Source: Thalia democratica
Taxonomy: Eukaryota
NCBI GenBank assembly: GCA_965202585.1
Contig: OZ241826.1
Span: 25,854,001 to 25,918,000 of the forward strand
Direction of reading: 5' to 3'
DNA length: 64,000 nt
A program made the position numbers and the translations under genes. The notes below the pieces were generated by a model. That model was not told the origin of the DNA and did not search any database. It saw only the letters and a program-made list of their open reading frames with translations. Positions 26,001 to 36,700 of this stretch are shown here, in pieces. Numbering within the stretch: position 1 is the first letter of the stretch; every line of letters starts with the position of its first letter.

Positions 26001-29000
26001 TACAACCAGAGACGAAGCTAGCTCAAAAAAGTTACGAATCTGCAAAAACTAAAATATCCTAAATAACACGTCCTAGCGGGAACACAGCAATTTAAACTAC
26101 CTCTAATATTATTAAATTTAATCTGAAACTATGCAGTTATGTTAATACATCAAAAATGAAATGTTTTTTGAAAATGAAATTCAAACGAGTGATAACGGTA
26201 TACAAAGCTATTTATTTTGTTCCACACCCCATATGACTTTTTATGTCATGCCACTTGTGTAAACCCAGAAAACACTCATTAGAAATAATAAATAATAATT
26301 AAAAAACTTTACACACTGTGATTTAATAATTATTTAGAATATTAATAACCTAATGTTGAACATGGTTTGTTCTTGTTAACACAAATATCAATTCCTGTGA
26401 GTAAAATTGAATGATCAGCTTTTCTACTGCCAATTTTATCTTGTTGTTTATGTTGCCATTCACAAAAATTAAGCAATGAAGTATCAGCCCTGTGGCTTAA
26501 TTCCAACTCCTTAAGAAATATTAATATTTTACAAATACTAGCATAAAAATTATTTTAATATAGTGATGTATTACCATAAATCTAGAAAACTTTGCATGTA
26601 TTTTAAACACCTATTACAAATACTAACTGAATCATCTTCCAGTAAAACAATTCCAATAATAATGACGTTAACATCGTTTTCTAATGAAGGATCAGAATAT
26701 AAACTTGAAACCTAAAATATTTTATGACATTTTATTCAATTAAAAAAAATCAATAAAAGCCAAATGATTTAAAACAAGTCAAGCTAAAAAAGTGTAAAGA
26801 AATACTTTTAAGTTTATTATTTGAATTTTTAACACAGTAATACACTTTTAAATTAAACCATAACGTAAAAAAAACTTTTTAAACGTTTATTTTCTATTAT
26901 ATTTAAATTCGAAAAACATTAATTGTCTTGCAAGGAATTTAGTAATTCTATGATTGAATGTTTACCGGTAAATAATGTTCCAGATGTTTTATTAACAGTA
27001 TTGTGTAATTTAAATTCTTTTAGCACCATAAACATCGAAACCTACAAACCTAATTACAAGTCCAAATTTTTAACTAGGTTAAAACATTAAAGAATTTTTA
27101 ACGAATTATATCCGCTTTATGATGGGTTATAAAAATTTTAAAAACACCTATCGATGTGCTAACTATACCAATGAAAAACTTTAATTACAACAAAGACACT
27201 AATTATTATCCAGTTTTAACTAGTTTCTAGTAGCTTTATGAAAAGGTAAAGTCGTAATGTGTTTACCAAGGATACCCGTAAAATTAATTGCTTTTTAAGT
27301 TTTCAAAATATCTGTTTTCAGTTTAATACAATTAAAATTAGTAGAATTTCTTATCTCTCTATCTGCATTTTAAAATTCTTGCGCTACAATTCAGTAGATA
27401 AACGCATTAGTTACCTTAATTTTACGTATTACTATTGCTAGTAATTCTAATAAATATAAAAACCAAACTTGTCAATCCTTTTTAGAGCTTCTTTTAATCT
27501 AATTTATTATTAACGTATTAAAGTAAATTAAAGTATTGTAGTATACAGCTAAGTACGTAGTTTGCGGTTAGACAATAACTAAAAATGGGGCAAAAATTTG
27601 CTACTACAAAAAAAATTAGGGTAAATTTCGCAAAAATATATTAAGAGACTTTAAAGAGAAACATGTTTTTTAAAATTAAACACCAAATAATTTTTAAAGT
27701 TTTAACTATTTCACAAATATTTTTTTTTAAAGTTTATACGATAAAGTATAATAACGATAAAATATAAGCTAACAACTTATATGTAATTGCATATAAATAT
27801 TTGTTAATATTCTAACCATGTTCATAATAGTTAGTATGTAGATTGTAGTACTCCTTTCATCATTTTTATGTTTTTCAATAAACTTTTTATCAGCGACCAC
27901 CAAAGTTTCAATTCTCTTTTTAACTCTTCTCTCGTATCTCTCATAATAACTCGACCTTTCTCTCGAAATTGACCTGCGAAATCTTCTTTCTGCTTCAATT
28001 CTCTCTTCGTTTTCATTTTGATCTTCCTGTAAAGAAGTACGAATTTCACCGTTTGACAGGATAGTCAGTGTCTTGTTCTCTATATTTTCACTGATATCTA
28101 CTGGGTCTGTTGTTAAATGAAACGTGTTATTTATTGGTACAGTTTGAATTAACTTGTTTATTTTTCACAAACAGTTGAAATAAGCAAAATAACTGCTGGT
28201 TTATCTAGAAAGCTAGTGTAGTAAAATAAAGTAAATAATTAAGCTTATTATTTATTATAAACTAAAATAAGCTCTTTTTACTTATGTAGATGTCTTCTGG
28301 TTAAAATTTTAGTTTTTAAACAAACATACTAGCTTTTAAACAAACAAAATAGAAGTTTTCTATCAAATTATGAAAATATAAGTAGAAAAAATAACTTTAT
28401 TTCATAAAAAGTTTTAGTGATGAAACTTTACAAGAAAACTTTTAATTTGATTTGATATCACAAGCAACTTAGCTCAGTAAAATCGACTTATCATTGTTTA
28501 GAATAAAAACGTTATTTTCTCTTCATTTGCTTATATAAACTACTAATGCCAAGTTCACAATTAACAATAGAAAAATGCTTGTTAGGTCGTTTTAACGACA
28601 CTTGAGAACCCTTGGTTTTTGTTGTTTATGTTGCAAAAACTCCTACTCACATGAGTTTGTATAAACAATTATTCACAACACCAACAAAAACACAAAAGAC
28701 TTTATGCTTTACTAGACAGAAGTACATTAGAGACATCTTAAACAATGGAATTTAAAAAACTTTCTCGTAATGGAGTACTTGTTTCAAATTGTAAGTTTTA
28801 TTGTAAAATACTTTTAGTGTCCAACTTTTAAAGTTGTTAAGTGATAAACATGTCGAATAGGCCAAATAGTGGCATTTTAAAGCTTTCTATGTAGCTTCAT
28901 AATCACGTCATTGATTTTTTTCGGAAAGATTTTAAAGCATATTGTAAGTAGAAGGAGAAAGCTAATTATAAATTTATATTTTATAACTCTAACTAAAATC

Positions 29001-32000
29001 AAACAAAACGTTTAACCATAAAATTCAAAACGGTGACTTTATTGCAGAACAATTTAAATTAAAACTTGTATTTTGAAAGGATAATTTAGAGCAAATAGTT
29101 AAAAGGTTGTCTGTTTACCACAAAACTAAACACACGCCGACTTTTACACGAAAACGTTTTAGTTATGACGTCATAAACTTACGTCTTCTTCCCTTGCCAC
29201 AGTACTGTATTTTTTCTTCTTTTTTGCCTCCTTGACGTTGATGCACGTGATTGTGACGTTTCTTGTAGATAACGTGAGGATCCGATTCGAACTTATGACG
29301 TTCATCCTCACTTATATGGCTATCGTCTACCGGTTCTATTATGATGTCATCATCGTTTGTTCGCATAAAGCCCGTCTGAATAAATATAGCTTTTTAAATT
29401 AAAATTAAAAAAAGTTATTGAAAATAGCTATAGAAGTGTTATAAGCAAGTTAACATGTACAAACAACATTGACTAATCAAAAACGGTTCAATAAATAATA
29501 AAAACGTCATCAAGAAAAATAAAAACAAAAGCTTATATATAGTACAAAAAAAAGTGTAATGTCTGTTCAAAGACAGGTTGTTGTGTCGAGTTTATTGTTT
29601 ACTACAAAGTTTGTGTCGAGTGATCATCATACAAGTACTCATCTGCCAACATAATTGCAGCATTGTTACGTCATAATAGTCGTTGAATGGCAAAAAGATT
29701 AACATGCTAAAGAGTTGTAAACAAGTTTACTATAAACTAAAATTATGGCAGCATTCTAAATTAGTTAACTATTTTTAAAACATTCTAAATTCAAAAGTAT
29801 TAATTTACGTTTCACAAAATCTAGACCAGCTAAATTGAAAACAATGTTTCAAAAAAATTGTCCATAAATGTATCTATCTCTAAAAATATGTAGGTTCGAA
29901 AACCGTAAAGACTTGAATTGTTCACGTTTTGATCTAAATTTAAAAATGTAAAGTTTGTTTTATTCACGTTGATGCTAAAAGTTTTACGTAAAATTTAATT
30001 ATTTTCGTCTTATTCACTTTTGATATCTGTTAAAGAACTATCATGGTTTTATTTTCTTTTTTTTAAGATGTTTAAGCTTTTACGTACGATAAAGTCTTTA
30101 AAAGCTATTTTCGTCAAAAGCTATATTTTAAGTACGTTTTGAATGTTTATGTACTCAAAGTATTTTAGTGTACTCTAGATAGAAGACAAAATTGTCTTTA
30201 AACAACAAAATTGTTCTGTTTCAAAAATTAAATTTAAAGTATTTCAGCTTTCAACTTATGAAAGTGTACCAAAAAACTTGCAGTGTTTTTTATAATTAGG
30301 TAGTGAAATTGAAACTTGACAGATTTTCTGTCAAAATTTCGAACTAATCCGTCAATCATGATTTTGTTCACAGGTACTATAACAGATTATTTATTTACAT
30401 TTTTTTGTGAATATAGAACACAAACGTAACCATAGAAGACTGACTGTGCATCAAGATATTAAATAAGAAGATTATGTTAAAAATAAAAGGTAATAAAAAC
30501 AAACATAAATTTCGAACAAAAACAAAATTGAAAGTTCAAAATTACGTTAGGATTTTTTACTACAACAATATTAGCACGTAATAGTAATTAGTAAACGAGA
30601 ACATGTGTTAATGATGAAATTGACCACGTGAGTAACCATTAGGAATTTCAACAAAGGTGAAGATAAACTTATTAGTTTCCTATTTAGTTGTACCAAAGAA
30701 AAGACAAACAGCAAGTCTGGCTGCTTTTGAACGTCGGCGACATCAAACAAAATTTCAATGAAAATATTTCTACTTGTTCTTTTGTTACAACTTTATAGGT
30801 AAATACTTTTGTTATATTGTTAACTTCGTAGCGTTGGTCTAAATTTTGCTGTTTGTAATTTTATAAATTATTTTGTGTTTTGGTTATTTTAGATGTCAGT
30901 TGATTGATGTATTTAAAGTTAGTATTTTTACTTATTTCTTTTTTATCTAATGACAATCAATAACCGCAATGAAACTATTATTTATTTAATTGCAGACAGA
31001 TAGTCATCTACATAGCACAAAAAAAAACTAATTATTGTTTAATAGATATAGAGCTCCTAAATTTTAATATAAACTTTATAAACTAAAATAATTTTACTTG
31101 TAAATGAAACTTTAAAATATATTTTTTTTTCTAAGAACAACTTTTGAAAATATAATAAATAAATTTGTTCTACTTATGATAGTTTCTAGAATTTGTTTTT
31201 CACACAACTGACTACTTCAAAGAAATTCTTTATAATTAGGCAACGAATTTAAACTTTTACATTCTTACATCATAACACTTCTTTAAATCAAAGGTAACTT
31301 GTTAATTAAAACCTCATGATTGTCAAATAGTTAACAGTTATTTAATAGACTGTGGCAATTACAAAAATTTGAGAAATTTAGCTTGATTACAACTTATTTG
31401 TTTACTATTTTGCATCGCAAGATTTTCAATCGTTGTATAAAAACTTATTTAAAAACCTTTAAAAAAACTTTTTTAATTAAAACAAATTTGACCTACTATT
31501 AATACTATGCAAAATAAGTTAAATTTGTAATGATTAAAAAAACACTTAAACATCTAAAAAAACTCACTGGTCAATACATATTTTGAATCTAACTACTTTG
31601 AGGTGTGTAAAAATTCTAAAAATAGTCTGTAATAAATATACATAGCAGTTGTTTAAACATCAAACGCTTTAAAAGTTATCACTGAAACAAATGTACAAAA
31701 CGTTGCTGTTACTAACCAGTCCGTTGCAGGTTGTCATGGCAACTGGTCGGTTACCATGCGACACCAAGCGTCCGTGGTAGTGACAGTCCCACCCGTTTCC
31801 CTCGATAATCCGACTTCCGTTCTTGTCCATTCTCTTCACGTAGAAATTGGGGGACAGCAGTTGTGAGTTGGGCCTAAGGTCAAACAGGAAAGACTGGCCG
31901 AGACCACGGACTCGATAGTGGACCACTTTGTAAGTTTTTCTGCTTTTTTCTTCATTCAAGCTTCTGCGATGTCTTTTTGTTGCTTTTTGGTCAATTTTTT

Positions 32001-33749
32001 GATGGTTGAAACTTCTGTCCGTTTTAAACGGTGTCACAATTTCAAAACCTAGGAATGTTTTTTATTTTTCTTTAAGTTTTCTGTTGTGGTTTTATCTAGA
32101 AATATTAAAAAACTATATACACAAAACAACTAAAGATTATTTTAATATAAAATGATTTTTAAATTTGGTTTTACAATCACCTACTTTGCAATGTTTGAAA
32201 AATAAGCCCCTATTCTTTTTTTATCATACATCACACATTTACTAGTTAAACACCCATTAAGTTTTTTAACCCTAACATTTTATTACCCTTTAATAACCAA
32301 ATCTACAACCACTTTGCAAAGCCCTGATTCGAAATCATTATAAAAATTGCTTATATTGTCTTACATAGAAAGTTTATAACTTAATAATAAAGGTATAGAG
32401 CTATAACAAAGAAGTAGTAAAATTTATAAAATTTAAAAAAATACTTTAATTGTACTTGCAATTTTTTGGAAAGAAATTTTTATTAAGTTAGATTCACAGG
32501 TTTAAACTTTAAGAAATACCAGTAAGCAAAGTTAAAAAACTATTTGTGAATTTTGAGTGTTAAACATGTCATTTATTGAAAATGAAATGGCAGAAAAGTT
32601 TTTGTAAGCTAATATTGTGATAACAAGCAGAGTTTATTTAATTAAGCAGAAAACTTGTTACAATTATGTCATAGTTAAATCGGCAGAATTAAAAACCTCC
32701 GGCGAAAAATTAAAACCTGTTCAAAACCGGAAATTCAAACCCATATCAAAATATAATCAGATGAGAAAATCTGCCGAAGTTTAAAATCACGTGAAAGCGA
32801 TTGCCGATCTAAAAGCAAATTTGTTGCCAAACATAATTTCTGCACCGGTTAAACTGAATGAACTTTTTCCTCTTTTGTGACGTAACTGTTAGTTTTCGGT
32901 CGTTGACGGCGGTACAGAGTTCGTGAAGAAAAAATAAACTTCAACGTTAAAAATATTTTATTTTGCTAGCTTCTAAATATATAATTATTCCATTTGTTGT
33001 TTTAATCTAGACTATTTTTTTATACAAAAATTAACTAGTTCTTACATTAAGTTTTCATTACAGAAGATATAATGAATAACCTAAATATTTCAGGAGTAGA
33101 AGTCAAATGAAATTTAAACAAAACAAGGTTTACAGCAAAATAATAAAATCGCTTAAGATAAAAAAAAATATTTTGTTAAAATATTTCAACATACTACCAA
33201 TAGATTTTACTTAAACATAAATATTTCCTACAAAAGTTATCTCAAAGATTTCGTTGAAAAAGCTTAGCTTTAAAACACCACTTAAAAACAATGCTCATTA
33301 ATGCAATCATAATATTTAATCACTATATCCAACTACTTATCTTTTACAATAGTAAACAAAAATAAAAAACCTTCTAAATGTCTATGCGTGGTTTGCTTGA
33401 GTTTTTTGTGTAAATTTTGATGGTGTTCTTCGTAATGTTCTGGCCATGAATCCAAATCAGCACCATTAATTTTTTTCTGTTAAAATAGTACTGTTACTAA
33501 AAATAAAGTTCTACAAGCTGTCAAGACAACTTATTACAGTTATATACCAGGTATAATAATAAAGCTTGGTCAACATGCTTTATTTAACCTTTAATATAGT
33601 ACAAAAAGCTTTTTGATCAAACAAATTTGTTAAAAATTAACAATAAAAACTTTCAAACTTTCACTGACCTGTAGAGAATAGTTACACATCAAAATAAAAT
33701 ATGAGAAAAGTTGAAGAAACTTGAAAGACTTTTTTGTAAAAGTTAACAT
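16939..33749 (-). CDS. ADAMTS: ADAMTS secreted zinc metalloprotease (ADAMTS16/18-like architecture), copy B, intact, 24 exons, 1295 aa
   Basis: Exons in transcript order (minus): 33749-33669, 33476-33371, 32048-31717, 29375-29183, 28106-27817, 26711-26628, 26509-26350, 25917-25812, 25724-25587, 25461-25299, 24042-23947, 23701-23492, 23374-23260, 23048-22918, 22408-22285, 21880-21766, 21522-21381, 21257-21089, 20277-20127, 19885-19678, 18739-18566, 18140-17817, 17554-17410, 17069-16939. All are bounded by AG/GT with matching phases; the sum is 3888 nt with no internal stop. Motifs: [49 protein letters not shown] Met-turn, six TSP1 repeats, PLAC. Subfamily assignment comes from remembered domain architecture, not from a search. 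Confidence 0.93.
17410..20277 (-). CDS. ADAMTS copy B exons 19-23: C-terminal TSP1 array with Thr-rich linker
   Basis: [14 protein letters not shown]|[11 protein letters not shown]|[22 protein letters not shown]|CSVTCGGG; splice phases are consistent. Confidence 0.92.
21089..24042 (-). CDS. ADAMTS copy B exons 11-18: disintegrin-like, central TSP1, Cys-rich and spacer domains
   Basis: CKTLWC...AEGTKCG | WCRRGEC...[19 protein letters not shown] | FREQQC | VIDGTPC | VGCD...[13 protein letters not shown] | HIPAGAR | YFLNGNW | ...[10 protein letters not shown]. Confidence 0.93.
25299..26711 (-). CDS. ADAMTS copy B exons 6-10: reprolysin (M12B) catalytic domain with zinc-binding motif
   Basis: [54 protein letters not shown]|[29 protein letters not shown]. 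Confidence 0.95.
25997..26230. mobile_element. Possible short DNA-transposon insertion in copy B intron 7
   Basis: The segment is absent from the shorter copy A intron and reads AT|GGGGT...ACCCC|AT. The terminal inverted match is only 5 bp. Confidence 0.3.
27817..32048 (-). CDS. ADAMTS copy B exons 3-5: prodomain, furin site and start of catalytic domain
   Basis: GFEIVTPF...[16 protein letters not shown]...CHYHGRL...TTCNGL | TGFMRT...IIIEP...QYCG | ...[10 protein letters not shown]...[11 protein letters not shown] track 31669..32037 and 29163..29366 overlap these exons. Confidence 0.92.
31200..31350. promoter_or_regulatory. Paralog-conserved intronic block with a TCF/LEF-type motif (copy B intron 3)
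   Basis: CATCATAACACTTCTTTAAATCAAAGGTAACTTGTTAATT is identical in A (~10573) and B (~31269) and near-identical in C and D. ATCAAAGG (reverse CCTTTGAT) is at 31287-31294, 10591-10598 and 57223-57230. Function is inferred only. Confidence 0.35.
33371..33749 (-). CDS. ADAMTS copy B exons 1-2: signal peptide and start of prodomain
   Basis: ATG at 33749 gives [27 protein letters not shown], then donor GTCAGT. Exon 33476-33371 gives [35 protein letters not shown]+G, in phase 1 with exon 3. These exons have no family-diagnostic motif, so the call rests on splice sites and phase. Confidence 0.72.
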
Positions 33750-36700
33750 ATCAGGGTTGTGATAAATATTAAAAAGTTCGAAAAGTAGCTAGTAAAAGTT
33801 TAAAGCTGCGTGATTTTTTTTCTGTATTTCCAACGTGCAAACACGTTCTACTTGTAATTGTTAACTTGCTCGACAAATATCTAGATCCAGCATCAACAAC
33901 TTTTTCTCTTTTCAGATCTCTCGTACATGTACTCTCTCGTGCCTGAACTTAACTTTCGGACTTTTTCCTTTTTTTTTGCGTGATTTTGAAGATGTAAGAA
34001 AAAGTTGTTAACTTCTTGCGAGCTTCGTAATTTTAAATATATTTCGAGCTATTTTTATATCTATCATTTATATCTATCAAATGAAAAATTCTCAATTATT
34101 TATAAACATATTGCTGTTTTATAGTATATCCAGCAAATGAAAAACTTAAATTTCAATTAAAAGTTTTAATAGTTCAATACTTAAGTTTATACTTGAAAAT
34201 ACAATTTCTTAGTTTTAAACTGAATGTTACTAATAATCTATGTTATTTCGGACATTTTTTATAGTCTGATCACTTACTGTTCCGTTAGAGTATTAAAAAT
34301 ATCAATGACTTCTTTCATGTTAAAACTAGAAAGTTGTTCTTTTTTCTCATTAAAAAAACATACTATGTGACGCAAATCAACCATAGATCAAAAAATAACA
34401 TTACATCAGCTTAATTATAATTAAAAATATAAACCATGACATAATTACTATTAAAAGTCCAGTGGTATAAAAAAACTTTTCAGTTCAAACTGAAATTTTC
34501 ATCATAAAAAAGCTTTTGTTTATTCAACTAAATGAAGCAAGTTTAACTTCTTTTAAACTAGATTTAAACTAGATTAGTGAACTTATATTGCTCATAATCA
34601 ATACAATGTTTTTTAAAGTATGATTAAAGTTTTTATTTACAAACTAAATATAATCATTACAATAGAAAATGATGCATAATAGAACTTCTATAGCTTACTG
34701 TATTACCTGTCAATTAGTAACTGTCAACACCTTTAAAAAACTCTTCAATGTAGAACAATAAATTAAAAAGACTTTTTTTCAAAGTGTAATGAGCTAAATT
34801 TAAACATCGAGGAAGAAAACATATTTTCATTTATTAAACAAAACACTGTTTTTAATTTCTTTTTTAACTATAGTTCACTTTAAAAAACTTAAAAACAAAT
34901 ATCATGCTATTAAAATATATATAAATAGTTAAAAAGAAGTTATCAACTTTCATTGTTTTTGTGTTTAAATTTACTCAGTTTAAATAGCTTTTAAGAAATC
35001 TTAGAATTTTTTAAACGATATGTAAAGTCTTTCTAGATGCAAATTTAGAAATAAAAGTTTTAACTTAATTAAAACTTTTCTTACGTGGTACAATTTGGAA
35101 AAGTTTATAAAGTAAAAAACATCATTTACATTTAACAACAAATTAAAAATTGATTTTATTTTACATAAAAACAACTTTATAAAACTGTGGTACCTACAAA
35201 CAATTAAGTAGCGACTAATCATAATTATCTTACACCAATATTTCTTGTAAATCATTTTACCACTCAAACTTTTATTGTTAATTCTTAGATTTTATATTGA
35301 TAAATTAGAAGCGTCAAACCGCATTGCAATTATTAAATTAATCTAAAACCAAAGCATACCGCAAAGGAAGTTTGTAATTAATACAGGTAAAAACTCTCAA
35401 AATTATTCTAACTGAAAATTAGAAAACAAGGTTTTACATCTTTTGGCATTCATCTCAAACTTTTTTTTTTAGTTTGTGCGTGTTATGTTACTTTTATATA
35501 AGTAGAGTATTAAGTTTTAGAAATATTAATGTAAGTTCCGATTACACAAAAATAAAACTATGTAAACTTTACAAGATGTTGTAAAATATTTTAAGAAAAG
35601 TATGCTGTAACATTTTCAAAATTACGTCTTTATAGCAAACAATAAGTTTATATACATATTGAGCTTAACAAACACTAAAAGGTTAAACTTAGTTTTGTTT
35701 GGTTTTATTATTAAGTTTACTAAACTATATTTTACAGTACTTCAAAAGTTATGTTCATAACTTTACAAAAACATAAAAGTTAACTAAATAGTACCTAATA
35801 AAAAGTATGCAATAATTTAAACCTTAACTTAACTGTATTTTAAAGTTAGTTTAAAATTTAATTAACGTGTAAAATTAATAAAACTATATTTTTTATTCAC
35901 AAAAAAAAACAAAGTAACCTGAAAAAAAAATTAAACGTTTAGTTGGACTAATCGTTGACAATTTTATACACAAGCGACATAAGTTTATTAAAAAAATTCT
36001 AACTTAGTTTAACTTTGTTTAAATTCTAAAGTAAATAATCGCTTTTAAATCGCTTTTACTCAATATTTCAACATGTTGAGCATAAATTTTAAAAATACAT
36101 TTTTATCACATTTATCTTAATTTTGATTTCAAAAAAATAATAACTTGTTTTTCTAAACTTCTCTATGTTAAATCTAGTTAGGTTAGGTATGACTTAAACT
36201 ATTAACGCTTACAGAAGCTAACTCATAATTTTTTTATGCAAAAAAAAAGCTTTTTTCGTATTTACTAAGAATTAAATATTACAGCTATTTATTGTATACC
36301 TTTTAAAATTTTACAAAAAATTTATAACAAAACATGTCCAGCCAAGTATAAAGATCTTAATATATAATTTAGGCTCTTTAGATTACCTTTAGTTCAACTA
36401 TTTTATAATTTTTTTTTATATATTACGAAGTTTTATTTATTTCAAGTTAAAAGCAAAACAGTTTAGCATTTCTTGTCCAATCTAGGCTAGTAAACAGCTA
36501 AAACATATGGCAAAAATTTAACTCTTTAGCAGTGTGCAGCGGTTAAAAAAATTAACAAGCTCTCATACAACTTTGTTACAAAAGGATGTATTTTGAATTT
36601 TTTTTCAGACAAGTGGAATCTTGGGGTAGATTTAAAATGTTTTTAGTAAAAAAATTGCTCTAAACAAAGAAAGCATCTTTGTTTTGAATTAATTAAATGT

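Noticed and set aside
27831-28049. ORF-track protein [20 protein letters not shown]...
   Set aside because: Wrong frame; the same DNA in another frame is ADAMTS exon 5 ([10 protein letters not shown]...IETLVVAD).
30985-31015. Conserved GCAGACAGATAGTCATCT motif (also ~10309 and ~57500) as a micro-exon
   Set aside because: An AG is present but the frame stops quickly with no donor, and exons 3 and 4 already join in phase.
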